64,000 nt of DNA from Ptychomitrium polyphyllum. Taxonomy: Eukaryota. Below, one piece after another: positions 19,311 to 31,988 of the stretch; positions within the stretch are counted from its first letter, which is position 1, and every line of letters begins with the position of its first letter. Under the pieces are notes generated by a model. That model had not been told where the DNA came from and searched no databases. It saw only the letters and a list, made by a program, of their open reading frames with translations. A program made the position numbers and the translations under genes. The stretch covers positions 18,166,001 through 18,230,000 of the forward strand of contig OZ316775.1 of the NCBI GenBank assembly GCA_973851085.1, written 5' to 3'.

Positions 19311-20424
19311 CTAAAACGGCATATTTTCCTTCCTGGGCTCCTCAGCAGAGGATGGCCTTGTTGATTGCCCATCAGCTTCCTTGGATCTCTGCCCACTAAC
19401 TGGAGCTCCTTCTTGAGAGTTTTTTGACGTCACTTCAGCAACTCCCTCTTGATATCCCTCCACAAAGCTCTTTAGAGCATCACGGTAAGCACTTGCACGA
19501 GTCATGTAGATACGCTGCAGAGCAGGTTTTATATGTTCTGCACCTGCTCTTGCTGCCAAAGCTGCAGAATACAAGTACATAAATCCTCTGGACTGGTCAT
19601 ATCCTAAGACTTTCTGACCATATCCTTACATGGGTATCAATACCAAGGAATTGCTACAAATACGAGCTTCAGTTAGTCTTCCCACAGTGGCCAATCTCGC
19701 TAATTATCACTGCGCAACGAACAGGACAATTGCAACGGTAGTAGATGCTAAACCTCAGATCCGGTAATCCAAACTGTTCAATAGCTCAAGAGAAGATTAT
19801 GCATATTCTCATTCCCAAAAACTGATATTAGCTTACCAAGTTCCTCTACTGATGACGGCTCGGCTGGGTCCTTCTTATCTGCAACTTCTGGATCTTCCGG
19901 TTCTTCAAGGCCAGCTTTCTTCCAATCTTCCTTCGTCAGCCCTTCCCTCATGAAGCTCTTTGCGTGAAGACTGGCTGCTGTTCTCACTATCTGCAGAAAG
20001 GAATAATGTTGATACGGCTTATCAGAACTAATAACTGAAAGAAAAAGTCCGCAACACTTATATAAAAGCCACACCTTCAAAACGTTTTCCTAAAATCCCT
20101 TTCTCGCACTCTGTCCTTGATTTCTCCAAACTCTACCAGTACAAAACCTAGGATAACTATACACCGAAAAATCTCTCTTCAACAACTTTACTCGAATTTA
20201 AACTCAAACCCGCCAAGGTGATCAGAATTTACTGAGAGCTAGTTTTGAAATATCAAAAGAGGGCGACTACGACGTACATATACATACTCCTTGAATGTGA
20301 GCTTCCTGGGCTTTGGTTTAGCCCGGACGTGAGGAGGGTTAGGCAAGGACGAAGGAAACGCAATCTCCTTCAAGTCGTGCTTCACGTAACGCTTGATGTT
20401 CCGCCATGCCACGCCCCATTTCAT
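19311..20424 (-). CDS. EMB2735: EMBRYO DEFECTIVE 2735-like protein, 3 exons
   Basis: YVKHDLKEIAFPSSLPNPPH...RKLT, PSSVEEL|ALAARAGAEHIKPALQRIYMTRASAYRDALKSFVEGYQEG match the EMB2735 family as recalled. Confidence 0.85.
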
Positions 20425-21129
20425 CCCTACTGCTTAAAAACTCTCACAGTACAAAACTTTCCTAGTGAATCACTCCGCGGCCAAACCCAGCGCCATGTTC
20501 CCTTGCACCGGGTCAAGCAAGAGCACCAGAAGTCGCCAAAAACATGCCCGGGCAGAAAAAAACTGATGGAAGCGCTCGTCACAACGACACTGACCGCAGA
20601 ACTGTTCTCTTCACATTGCAATCCAAAACAGAAAATCTCTGTCGCACACCGACCGTTCTCTTAAACCCTAAAATTACATCGACAATTGCATCAATCCTGA
20701 GCTTTCTCGGAAACAAACACGCAGAAATCGTAAACTCCGTTTGGGATGCATACTCAAAACCGTCACGACACCCAAAAGCAAATTCATCTACAATTTTCGC
20801 ACATTAAATTAAATGAAATCAATATAAGGCCTAGATAGAGTCGGTTATGAATACAGTGACGATTCTTGAGGTAAGCAGCCCTAAACCGTGGATGGATGAT
20901 CATGTTTTCAGCTCAGAGTGCATCCATCCATAACTAAGGATTACTTTCTCTTTCCTTGTCTTCAGGGTACGTTTTCTTTCTTCTTATTTTTTTGACACTA
21001 TTTTCCTTAAGTCTTAGTCTACAGATCTTTATTTTCTATTCAAACAACGTACTGTGAAGGCAAATAACGTCTTTTTCCTGTTAATACGGAATGCTCCACT
21101 TGACAATTGCTCACCCTCGAATGAACATC

Positions 21130-22100
21130 AGTGAATGACATGTTTGCAAACTTGCAATGCATAAGTGAGCTGGGGTTGTCAGATCAATTCCTGCACAAAG
21201 TCACTCATGGTTATTCACTTGTCTACTTCCATAGAGTTATTTATACAGTCTTCCTCCTTATTTCAGAAAGTGGTGAGTGATGAAAGAGCCTTTCACTGGA
21301 CTAATTGTGCCAATGGACTGGTGAAACTTTCTAGCATTGAAGTATGTGATCTAATGATAAATACATATGAAGGTGGGATCCCTGGTGAGATATTGATTGA
21401 GTTTACAGATAGCAGTAGTATGGTATGAACTTTCAATTAATTTGTCGAAGCTCCAAATTGGGGGAGTTTCTAAGATCTTAATAATCTACAAGAGATGAGG
21501 ATTCAAGAATTCTTCCTAGAGGCGGATGTGCCTTTGACTGCTACAAGTGGCGCAACAGCTATGAGCTATGGAGTGTTCAGACTCCAGAGCACGACAAAGC
21601 ATTAACCACTGATTCTGGCATTGTCAGAAACCAGGCCCATAAGTAGAGTTTCCAGAGCTTGATTCAATGCCTTTGCATGTACCTCCACAGCCAGCTTGCT
21701 GTTGCACTGCCAGGCACTGTCATCTTGAGTGACCATTTTCAAATGACCTTTGACTCAAATTGGGCACACGAGGAGCCTCAACAGGATTAAAACATAGTCC
21801 TCTGGTTGGTTTCTCTGAATATCCGCCTCAATGCCCCACTAGTATTGCATCAGTTTCACATAAGTATCAAAGGCGTATCAGTTGTGAAACGGATGTACTA
21901 AATGTCCCTGGACTCGTTGTGACACAGCAATGGCCACGACTGTTTCCTGAATTGATCTATTATATAAAATGGATACTCACGCATATCAACCTCAGCAAAC
22001 TCATGTACCTTAATTGTGAAGATTCTTTTGTCTACCACTAGTCCATTTTGCTGGTGAACTTATGTTGAAAACTGGGTTTACCTTCAACAAAATTATCCAG
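21130..22100 (+). pseudogene. Decayed plant leucine-rich-repeat (RLK/RLP-like) remnant
   Basis: Fragments in different frames fit LxxLxxLxxLDLSxNxLxGxIP: FANLQCISELGLSDQ, LVKLSSIEVCDLMINTYEGGIPGEI, LNNLQEMRI, INLSKLMYLN. Many stops intervene and the boundaries are approximate. Confidence 0.4.
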
Positions 22101-22839
22101 GTAACTTGGTAAATTTTGTAGTAAAGAGGAGAATGATCAGCTTGTGAGTGACTACGGGAGATTCAATAAAGATATGGTCTGAGGGCTTACATGCTCATGT
22201 TCCAAGTTCCAGGCGATGAGGTGGTTCGTTTGAAGAATTGTCAGAGTACTTGTGGAGCTCTTTCAACTTATGTGGGAGAGAGCATCATCCTCTGCTGCAA
22301 GAACTGTTGCACAGGAAAGATGGCGATGTCTTGTTTTCTTGGCAGCATATAGGCTATGGTGCTGATCACTTGTTGTCAATCAGTGCGAGGACGGGATGAG
22401 ATAGATCCGTGATAGACTGTCATGCACGCTTGGGCCTCTTCTATGTTGGCTGAAGAGATGTCCGAGTTTTTGTTGCGATAGTGGGAAAAGCTCAACAGCT
22501 ATAAAGTTTTGCAATCCAGTTTGAGCTCTGTTTGCTCTCGGTTTACGTGTTTCTGAGGTTTGTGCATTTGGGTCACATGTAGCTGATACCAATTGGTTAG
22601 TAAATATGTACATTGCTGAGTAGCTACCGAAAATCAAAGCTTGAGTTGATAGCTCGAAACCGTCAAAATATTGGGGTGATGATCACCTCAAGAGTGACCA
22701 TAGGATTGCAATGATCAATGTGGTGCAATGAGCCTCATGCTTTGTTTGCCAGACCAGCCACTATGATTTAGAATGTTCTTTATCAAATCATCTGTACACT
22801 GCGACTGCCTGTGAGGGTGCGTAAGGGTTGCCTCTCAAG

Positions 22840-23271
22840 ATGTCCACCAAAGTTCACGACGAGGATGATGAGACGTTCGACGAGGTGGACGTGATTCTGG
22901 AGAATGCCAAAGCAGGGCTTCAAATGAAACGAAGCTTGGAGCGAAAGATCAGACGCAACATCAACCTTTCCGACATACCGGAAAACTTCGCCCATGTGCC
23001 TGCTTCCAGCAGGCAGAGGAGTGAGCTCAACTTATCACGGTCTCCCACGCGCGTGAAGACACCCTCACCGCAGATACAAGTTGGCGGTAACAGGGCTCGC
23101 TACAAGGCGCAGCAGAGGAGTTTCGTGAAAGCGACCTTGAGATGGTTCCGCAACCGCTACATGGGATGCGTGAGTGCCGTGGATGGCACATGTGATATGT
23201 GCGGGTGCAGTGTTGTGACATCTGTCCATGTTCCTTTGCGCCGAGCAGTCACTAGACAGCGTCGACTTTGA
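22840..23271 (+). CDS. Hypothetical protein (about 143 aa if unspliced), family unrecognised
   Basis: GC-richer, coding-like ORF MSTKVHDEDDETFDEVDVILENAKAG...RWFRNRYMGC.... A strong donor GTGAGT at about 23170 may change the C-terminus. Confidence 0.55.
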   Translation: MSTKVHDEDDETFDEVDVILENAKAGLQMKRSLERKIRRNINLSDIPENFAHVPASSRQRSELNLSRSPTRVKTPSPQIQVGGNRARYKAQQRSFVKATLRWFRNRYMGCVSAVDGTCDMCGCSVVTSVHVPLRRAVTRQRRL

Positions 23272-25145
23272 TTGCGGACTCTCCTTTTCTGTCTTTCCAA
23301 CTTTCAGTGGTTAAAACTCATGAGCACTCTGACCTTTTGTCAAGAGAACGTAACCCTTGAAGGGACCATGAACCAGTTGGCATTTGTGACAGGAGCTGCT
23401 GCAACGAGTCAATCGTTTACCAGGTTCCGTGACGACGCTGCACCTTCGTTATTGGATTGAAGTTTCGATGTCATTTTCTTTAGTGACCTGTTGATGTGAC
23501 TTACAGTGTTAGAGTTGCCGCACCGAATACTGCAATGCTGTACTGTTTTGTTGAATACTGAGGCGGAAATTGAAGAGACTTGTATGCTTGATCTTTGTAG
23601 CGATTATCATTCTGAAGAAGTTCACTACCATGTGCTCAGCAGTAGGCAAGGTTTTGAGTCTGCGTTTCACTATGGAATGAAGCTATATGTACGAAAAGTA
23701 GGATGTTAGTTTGTGATTGGTTTTCCACCACAGGATACTCTACTTTTGGCTCCTATGTCTAATATGGCAGCATATGAGCCCACTGGTGCATTTGCAACCG
23801 AGCTGTTGACATGAATTGGAAATCGATTGGATCAGGTGGGTCTCGTTACTCATATTGTATAATATGAATTATACTAGAATTGTATTTCCTTGAGAATTGC
23901 CATCACTTGAGAAATGATGTTTAGACTGGAACCTCGTTGCCCACACACTCCTCTGCATTATCGTTGACTTGAGTGAGGTAGAACTTGCATGGAGTATATG
24001 GTAATTATTCAAGTAGTAAAAAAAATCTGCATTGGATTAGACACATTATTCAGGAGTTCTGATGCTTGCACTTATAGTAACTTCACATTGCCAAGTTTGT
24101 TACCGACACTGCGACTACAATCCGCAACTACAAAAGAATCCATACAACTACATGAGACAAAACGATAATGCTAACGTGTGACCCGTGACGAATGGGCTTC
24201 TGTATTTGCATTTATCATTCACTTTCAACCATTAATGGTCAGCTCATAATTGGGTGAAATTCCGAATATCCACAGACGCACTTTAGATGATTGCCTTTGG
24301 TATTCACCAATTCCAAGATGACCTAAAATGTCACGAAAAACCTGTGCGAGTAAAGAGTACAACAAACTCATAAACGAAGTTGTTTTAAATCACTGAAAGA
24401 TGGATTAATCCAACGACTCCTAGTTTTTCAATGTTTCTTCAGTGAATGTGAGTAACCGTTGGCAGAGCGCCCAAACTGTAATCCATCTACCAGTATTGGG
24501 CAGTGTGTTGGTAATCCCAGTGCAAGGTGACCGAACGGTCAAATGATAAACCATTTCTGTAATAGTTGGATCTGATTTGAAATTTATTAGTACTCCAAAG
24601 TGCTCCAAAGTCTGGTAATGGGTCACTGGCCCAAGCTTAAATTAAAGCTAAAACTCAGCACCTACGAAATCTTATCCTACTTTTTGAAGCAGGTGCTTCA
24701 TATATTACAAGTATTGACAGATGAATCAATGGACAATGAAAGTACATTACAGTCCCTCAATGAGACGACCAAAAATTTACACAATGTGACTCATCTACAT
24801 CAAGAATTACGACACTGGTGACGTACGGGGTCAAATTTGTGTAGCGGTGGCTTTGTGGATGGTGGTGCCTATTCAACTTGCTGGAGACATAATTATGTTT
24901 TTGCTGCATTGGCAGCTCCCGAAGAAGGCAGCGAGCCCTTCTGAGCATTCTTGTGCTCGAGCCATGTTTGATAACTTCCTCAATGATGTCGTCAACCGTG
25001 TTACAGGCATTCAGAATAGCATCTTGAACTCTGTTAGTAATGATGCCAACAACGTGGTGCAGGTGAACCCCATGAATTCCATGACCTCCTTATGAGAAGA
25101 TTAACTCCCATTTCGAAGGGTTTGCATGAATGAAGGGTTCGTTCA

Positions 25146-26357
25146 CTATGGAGGATGCTGGGGAGGATACTGGGAAGGATACTGGGGAGGATACTGGGGA
25201 GGATACTGGGGAGGATACTGGAGAGCATACTGGAGTGGATACTGGAATGGATACTGCGGAGGATACTGGGGAGTATACTGGGAAGCGCCACTCTGAGGAG
25301 CATGTTGGGGACTATCACGAAGTAGACGAGCCTCAAATTTTTCAGTCCTGGCTGCGACTGTAGAATCAATCCACTGCTCAAGACCATGGGCCTTTCCAAG
25401 ATCACCTTCGTGACTATGGTTGTTGTACAAATCCGCAGAAGGCACCACAGTACTACCGATGTACTTTGCAGACTTCCCGAACACTCCGCGGGTGATGAAT
25501 TCTTGCGGAGACATAACGCTTGCCATTGTTGCCACCCCGTGCCGTTTCTTGTAGTGACGAATGTGTTGAAAGCAAACCACATCATGGGGGTTAAGGTAAA
25601 AGTGAGGAATCCAAGGGCGCAATTTCTGAAATTCTTCCCACTCCAGTATCACTTCCTCGCTTGCGAAAGTATCCACCACCGCATTGAGTAATCCTTCAAG
25701 CCACTTGCGCCCTCCAGTTGTGACTTCCGGCTGTTGCCCGGGCCTGAACTTCCCTTTTACGACGCAGACAAGGCTCATCATGGGAGGGTTGAAGAGATGG
25801 GTGTCGACTTTGATTCCGCAAGTAGATACCAAATGTTTGCCCACCAGAACAGCAAGCCCTGCCCCTAGCGAGTGGCCAGTAATGCAGATCTGGTCCTCCA
25901 ATCCTCCGCTCCTGAAGAAGTCTTGAATCACGGTCACAATCAGATCATGTGTACGTTTAAATCGCCCGCTTCTCTGTAAACGCTCCATTGTAATTCTTAA
26001 GTCTGCAAACAAATCGCTCCGAAATTTCATTATTTTGCCCCGTAGAACAATAACCAAGCGGGGTTTGATCGTGTAAGCAGGAAAATTAGGGGGTTTCCGG
26101 AGGAAAATCACTAGCCCTAATTTCGTCAGCTCAGCCTGATCGACATATCTGATGTACTCCCAGTATTGCTCGCAGCCGAAGTACTGCCAGTTTCCCTCTG
26201 CCCAGGTTGTATCATGTTTCTCATCTCGAAAATACACAGATGCAACAAGCATCGCAAGTAAGGATATTAGAGGCAGACCGGATACATCAACTTCAATACG
26301 ACATTCTGGTGAAATTGCTGAACACAATCCCTCCGCTGCAACCAATAAGAGTGACAA
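25146..26357 (-). CDS. Class-3 lipase / alpha-beta hydrolase (At4g10955-like) with a C-terminal PxQY-repeat tail; true 5' end uncertain
   Basis: RLVIVLRG, DLFADL, ITGHSLGAG (nucleophile elbow), THLFNPP, WIPHFYLNPHDVVC (Asp) and KAHGLEQW (His) in a 403-codon open frame. Confidence 0.85.
   Translation of the reverse strand: MSLLLVAAEGLCSAISPECRIEVDVSGLPLISLLAMLVASVYFRDEKHDTTWAEGNWQYFGCEQYWEYIRYVDQAELTKLGLVIFLRKPPNFPAYTIKPRLVIVLRGKIMKFRSDLFADLRITMERLQRSGRFKRTHDLIVTVIQDFFRSGGLEDQICITGHSLGAGLAVLVGKHLVSTCGIKVDTHLFNPPMMSLVCVVKGKFRPGQQPEVTTGGRKWLEGLLNAVVDTFASEEVILEWEEFQKLRPWIPHFYLNPHDVVCFQHIRHYKKRHGVATMASVMSPQEFITRGVFGKSAKYIGSTVVPSADLYNNHSHEGDLGKAHGLEQWIDSTVAARTEKFEARLLRDSPQHAPQSGASQYTPQYPPQYPFQYPLQYALQYPPQYPPQYPPQYPSQYPPQHPP
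25149..25282. repeat. 12-bp coding tandem repeat (GGAGGATACTGG)n, about 11 degenerate units
   Basis: Visible directly. It encodes PPQY-type units on the minus strand. Confidence 0.9.
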
Positions 26358-27244
26358 TACTTGAAGCGTGTCAATTCAAGAACAATCTCTGGAGCCTTTG
26401 GGAGATTAAATTGTGGCTTGCACTACATATCCCACGTTGACCACGCATCAGTTTGCCTATCTCCCAGCTTGAGGCCAGACACATTTGTGATAAAGATCGA
26501 TGCAGCGGATGCAGACATTACATATACAATAATGTGCCGACGTCCCGGTAGCTGCCCCTACCCTACGCAGGAGTTAGCGATGAGTCACTGCCGCCGAAGT
26601 ATCGATGCCGCTTAAATTGTTCAATCAGTGTCCACGCTCTTTCCTGTGCACTCTCGTAGGAATCAGTTCATGCGATGCTCAATCGTCGGTAGTACTGTAG
26701 CTCAGATCCATTGTGAAGGATGCAGTGGAGACAAGAATATACCAGCTGCGTTTAAAGCGATCCCATCTTACCGCCTGGCATGCAACCGAGTAATTCAAAT
26801 GTGTACACAGAGTTGACTCAATCTGTGACCGATTTATCAATGGCCGACAGGAGACTAGGACCGTGTCCTGAGATCCACTGATGGTCCCTTCTGCGGCTTT
26901 GTGTAGCAAACTTTGACTCTGTAAACAAACGTTTTAGAAAAACGTTTTAGCAAACATTCAAACAAACTGTATAGCCAACAGTTCACAGATATTTTATGCG
27001 CCACGTTCGTGCCGACTGAGGGTCCTACGTGGAAATTGTATCCGAGTGCGAGCTACAACCGAAATGTAAGAATGAAGTGTATTTGAAGGATACTATTCGA
27101 AAAGTAATATGGAGCTACACCAGTTCATACAGTGTTGGAGCAGTTTGTTCTGAAACCAAGACTAGCATTTCCCATCTTGAAGGAATAATGAAAATGAAAC
27201 GACCGAAACCGTGGTGCTCAGTGCAGGTTGAAGTTACCAACGAG

Positions 27245-28941
27245 CTAATGCTGATGAATCCTAGTGGACAATCTGTCTGTTTGCATGCGCATGAGGGGCA
27301 CAACCGCTGGAGATTCGCACTGCACCATAAGGTAGCCGATTTCAGCGCCGATTCGAGAGCCTTAGGAGTGAAGTGCCAGACGAGTGATTCGGCGGCAGGG
27401 TCGCCCTCTCTCGACGAAGCATAGACCGCATCGAACATGCCAGTCATCGCAGTGATTTGCGCATATTCTGTAGCCGGGCGTTCTGTCAGACTTCCCGAAC
27501 TTGGCGAACAAAACGGGCATGTCCGACTAGTGCTTCGCGTCGACAATAAGTGTCCTCACCCACGAGCCCATGAAAACTCGCTTCTCATCCTCCGTCTGGT
27601 TCGTGATCCTGCACTATTTTTAACCCACATGTGGGGAAGGTGAATAGAAACCTAACCTTCTTCTCGCATACAAATTTCAAAATCATTATTGTTGAAATAT
27701 CCACCTCACTTGTTGTGGAGAAATTTTATTACTGCCAAACCTTCAAGACAGAAGCCGATCTTCGTGCTTACTAAATATCAGGATAGTAGTGCACAGTGGC
27801 GAAATCAATTTCAGCGGGTTGACCATTAAGGATCAAGCCGGTACCATAGAGAGCATAATAAGCCTCTGGATTTGTTTGCTGTGCCGAATTTGGTGTACAG
27901 ATGAGCTGTAGAAGCCTTCTAATCCAACCTCAAGCTAGTGCTTACCATCCAAAGACTTCACATATTCTGGCATCTCCCGTATCCACATCTGCAGCACAGA
28001 GCTCCAAATTCCAATGAAACAAGCCAGTTATAACAAGCATAGTTTAGTACCATACAAAGTCTCCAGGTCATGAACAGGAAAGATCACATGGATACCGAAC
28101 GTACCTGCAAGACATATCCACTCGTATCCGACTCGCAGTGTGGTTCGTTTATGAACTCCCAAGCAACAACTGCCTGCTCGTCTTGGTAAGCGACTCCTGT
28201 GAACGTGTTCACCCAAGTCACCACTACCTGCTCACACGCAATGGCACATTAGAGTGATTGGAGTTAAAACAGTGAAGAATAAATTTCAAGTCGAAGTTGA
28301 TCTTTCCAGAGAGTATTTTGGACCATGACTCACAGAAGTTGCGTTAAGCAGGTACATGAAATGCACACCTTCATATGGTTCCGGTATCATTCACGCATGG
28401 TGTCATCAGTGTGGAAATTGTTTGCATTAGCCTTTATACTTCCAGCAATTTCTCTCGCCCATGAGGCATACAGTGCCCTTCCACCGAAGTCGGGCCAATT
28501 TTTCACAAAGCTGAGGATCAACCGGATGCCGTACTTCTTGGCCTCGGACACAGGAAATCCAATCCCTGGAAGACGAGTAAACGACATTCTTCATTTATAG
28601 TTATTTTGCAAACGCATCAGCACCATAACCTACACATTGGATAGAACTGAGCACTCATTTAGCAGCTCACCTGGAAAAATTCTGCAGTGTTCCCAACACA
28701 ATGCTCTAGGAGGTAGCTAGCGCCATCTCCATCTGCAGATGCCCACGCTCGGATCACCATGGTGCTAACACTGGCTAATTCCGGAAGAATCTCTGTTACA
28801 AGAGACCTTAGTTCGGGAATTGCCCCTTGAGTCTCCTTGATCAAGCAGTCGAGTTGCATTTCCGAAGCTCAACGTAGAAGCAGCGACGATGACAACGGTG
28901 AGCATTTTGTTGCTTCTAACTGGCATGTTGTTGCTTTCCAT
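27245..28941 (-). pseudogene. GH5 endo-1,4-beta-mannanase pseudogene with introns retained
   Basis: Signal-peptide-like start, then VIRAWASADG, GIGFPVSEAKKYGIRLILSFVKNWPDFGGR, VNTFTGVAYQDEQAVVAWEFINEPHC, WIREMPEYVKSLDGKH*LEVGLEGFY, IDFATVHYYPDI*, PVLFAKFGKS, VYASSREG...LVWH. It has in-frame stops (e.g. 27935-27937) and frameshifts. Confidence 0.9.
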
Positions 28942-30285
28942 GATTGCTCGTCTTGTTGCCAGAGTCATAGATTATTTGTTGATGAAAATGCACGAATCGC
29001 TTGTCCTGCATAAGATTTTGTCCATGATGCGCGCAATTGATCCTGAGCACATTGATGCTTCTGTGATCTGCACACATAGGTTGAAAGATTTTTGTGCCCA
29101 AAACGATGACAAGGCTTATGATAAGTATTAAATTCAGGAATAAACAAGGATCGGGTAACCATATACTTCACATGAAAATACATTTATGTCCTTACTCATC
29201 ATGACAGGTCCTTCATTTCAACACAAACAACATCAGGTTGGAATTTAGCCAGTTGCTGAGCACCTCTGATTCCCGCCAGCTATCCTTCATTCCGTTGAAA
29301 TTCACTTACATTGACTATGATCATTACTGTAACTGGTATTAGAGCCCAGCGAATTTTGGAACTCGATCGAACACGCAGATGAACACTTGTGATGGCAGTC
29401 GCCATATTGCATAACTTGAAGGACAGTTAATCATACAAACATGAGATCTTAGAGGATGAAATCTTCTTGCACCGTAGAGGAACTTGTTGATTCAAGAAGC
29501 TGCATAAGTGAACTCTGGTGAAATCACGACAGCTCAAGAACCAAGGCTCAAACGTTCGCGCAGTAGGACGTTCCATGCATTTGTTCTTGGCCATCCCTGG
29601 ATTGCATTCGAGAACAAATTCAAGACAACGACGTCTAACGAGGTGTTTTTCCTTCGTTCTATTTCAATGATGGTGCGTGGGAAGTGTACCACATGATTTG
29701 TTGTTAACTCTCAGAAAAGGTTCAGTGGAACAAGCTCAGCTCAGCCGGATACTGAAACAATTGGATAAATTGTAACGAAGTGGTAGATTCTATTCATGTG
29801 TTTCCCACCATAAGAATGTCTAGTTTGGCGTTAGTATTCCCGGAGATTCTAATGATATTCTCCTATGTCGTTGCTCAACATTAAAGGTATTTTGAAATTC
29901 CACAACACATTAGATTTTCAGATTCTGAATTTACCCCAAAATAGCAAATTGGAGTAAAGCTGAGGATCCTTTTCCGGTCCTCGGCAACATGTATCACACA
30001 AAGAAGCTACAACTGATGACAGTAACACTCTGTTTAGATATTCCCTGGATTGTTGAACAGTTATGATAACTAGTGACAATAGAAGAGTTCAAGCTTGAAA
30101 AGTGATCATCTTAGAATTCTCAAATTTCACGATTTAAATCTCACAGTTGACTATTCCAATGTTATTACAAAATGACAATTGGTCTGAAAATATACCAACG
30201 GTATGCCTCTGATAAGAACAAATAGATGTCTCTTCTAAACACAGTTCTTAACACTACTATGCTTAAGTGAAGCTCGGAGCAAAAT

Positions 30286-31988
30286 TTACTCCTTCAGCCA
30301 AGGTGTCATGTGCTGTTCCCAATCGACGAGCTCATCTTGGTCGAACCAAAGCCCTGCAATCCCCAAATCCAACCCTCAAATCAGAACATTCGCATGCAAC
30401 ATGACAGAAGATTTACAATCAAGACAAACAGAACGAAGAACCTAACCAACCAGGGATTCCATAAGCAGGCCATGTTGATAACCAACTCACCTATTTCCCG
30501 GAGACCATTCTCCGGGCTGTCACTTCCGTGAACGACGTTCCTTCCGACCTCAATACCAAAATCACCACGGATGGTGCCTGGCTCGGCGTTCAAGGGGTTA
30601 GTAACCCCGATCAATTTCCGTGCTGATGCCACAACTCCAGGTCCTTCCAAAGCCTGTAAACCATTACAACACAAGCAATGAGCCAATTATTCAAAGAGTC
30701 ATAGAAGGTAAGACAATATGTGCTTCGAAACAGTCAGACCAGCCTGTTTGAAGCGACTACATTGACCACCACTATTGAACACTAATGCACATTATGCTAT
30801 AACACTTGCTAAAACAAGGAATCATATCAAATGAAAGGAGAGTATCATACAATACAGACGACGGGGCCTGATATGATGTAGTCGACAAGCTTTCCGTAGA
30901 ATGGCTTTTCCTTCAATTCAGCATAGTGCTCCTGCAAAGTATTCAGAATACTCACATGAGGTTCTCTATTCCTCCAAGCTAAAGTCATACTCACCTATTC
31001 TTCAAATTCACCAGCACGCACATCGCAGAACCAGCAGCCTTGCCACGAAACGGTACTGTGATGAATGCTCACCTCTGCAAGTTCCTTTGGAGTCTGGAAC
31101 ATCTTGAGCCCTACAAGCTGGAATCCCTTCCGTTCAAACCTGGTGATAACTTCACCAACCTGGCCCCCAAAAAAACGCTCAGCAATTCGGCGCATTCCTA
31201 TCACGTTGTCACCATTCTGCTAACTTCAAATAGACACTCTGTCGTGCACTCAGAGTACGAAACTACTTCTCAATTAGGGAAAGGATACTCGTCCTATCAA
31301 TGACTCAGTTTTTAAAGCTTTTCTTCTAATTCCTTCTTGAAGATAATCCTTTTATGTATTGGAACTCTTCAAAAACCTTAGAAACAACGGCAAGGAGAGA
31401 AGCAGAGAGTGCATTACAAGGCCACGCTGCACGCCATCTGGTTTCACCATCACATAGCTCCTTTCGGTAGCCTGCAGAGTTATCTTCCCATAAGACAGTG
31501 CACTAACATATTCTGAAGCTCAAAGTCCTCACGCACACATAAACAATCATCTCATCTCAATGACTTTTAGATTAACATACTCCATTTCCTGCTAAATCCT
31601 GAAGCCATGAACACACATTGCGTGATAAAGATGCGAGCTTGTAGGTCATCCCACAAGCATAACTCAATATATAAGCAAGAACGCTGTAACCTCCGCTACA
31701 ATAGGATTATATAATGACTCAAATTCACCGAAAGCCTAGCAATGCGAACCAGAGTCTAGGCAAGCAAACAAAACCCAGTTAGAAAACAAAAACTTCAGAG
31801 TAATTGAAACATACTGCGGCATGGACGCGCAGGGACGGAACCACAGGGCGGCGGAACGCAGTCCGCGAGGCAGAGAGCTGGCAGCAGCCGGCATTCAGGA
31901 ACGAGGAGCCGCGAATCGAAGAGACTCTGCACTGCGAAGGGTTTGAGGAAACTCCGACGGTCGACGCCGCGGCCACTGCGATTGCCAT
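30286..31988 (-). CDS. NDPK2: Nucleoside diphosphate kinase 2, chloroplastic, 6 exons
   Basis: Transit peptide [10 protein letters not shown]..., [37 protein letters not shown]...RNVVHGSDS (catalytic His), GLWFD...PWLKE*. Confidence 0.95.

Noticed and set aside
25034..25585. Alternative ORFs over the lipase tail (SILP repeats on minus, EDTG repeats on plus)
   Set aside because: By-products of a stop-free 12-bp repeat. The PPQY frame is continuous with the lipase catalytic domain.
27115..27546. 143-aa ORF as an upstream exon of the lipase or an independent gene
   Set aside because: It carries the frameshifted C-terminal part of the mannanase pseudogene.
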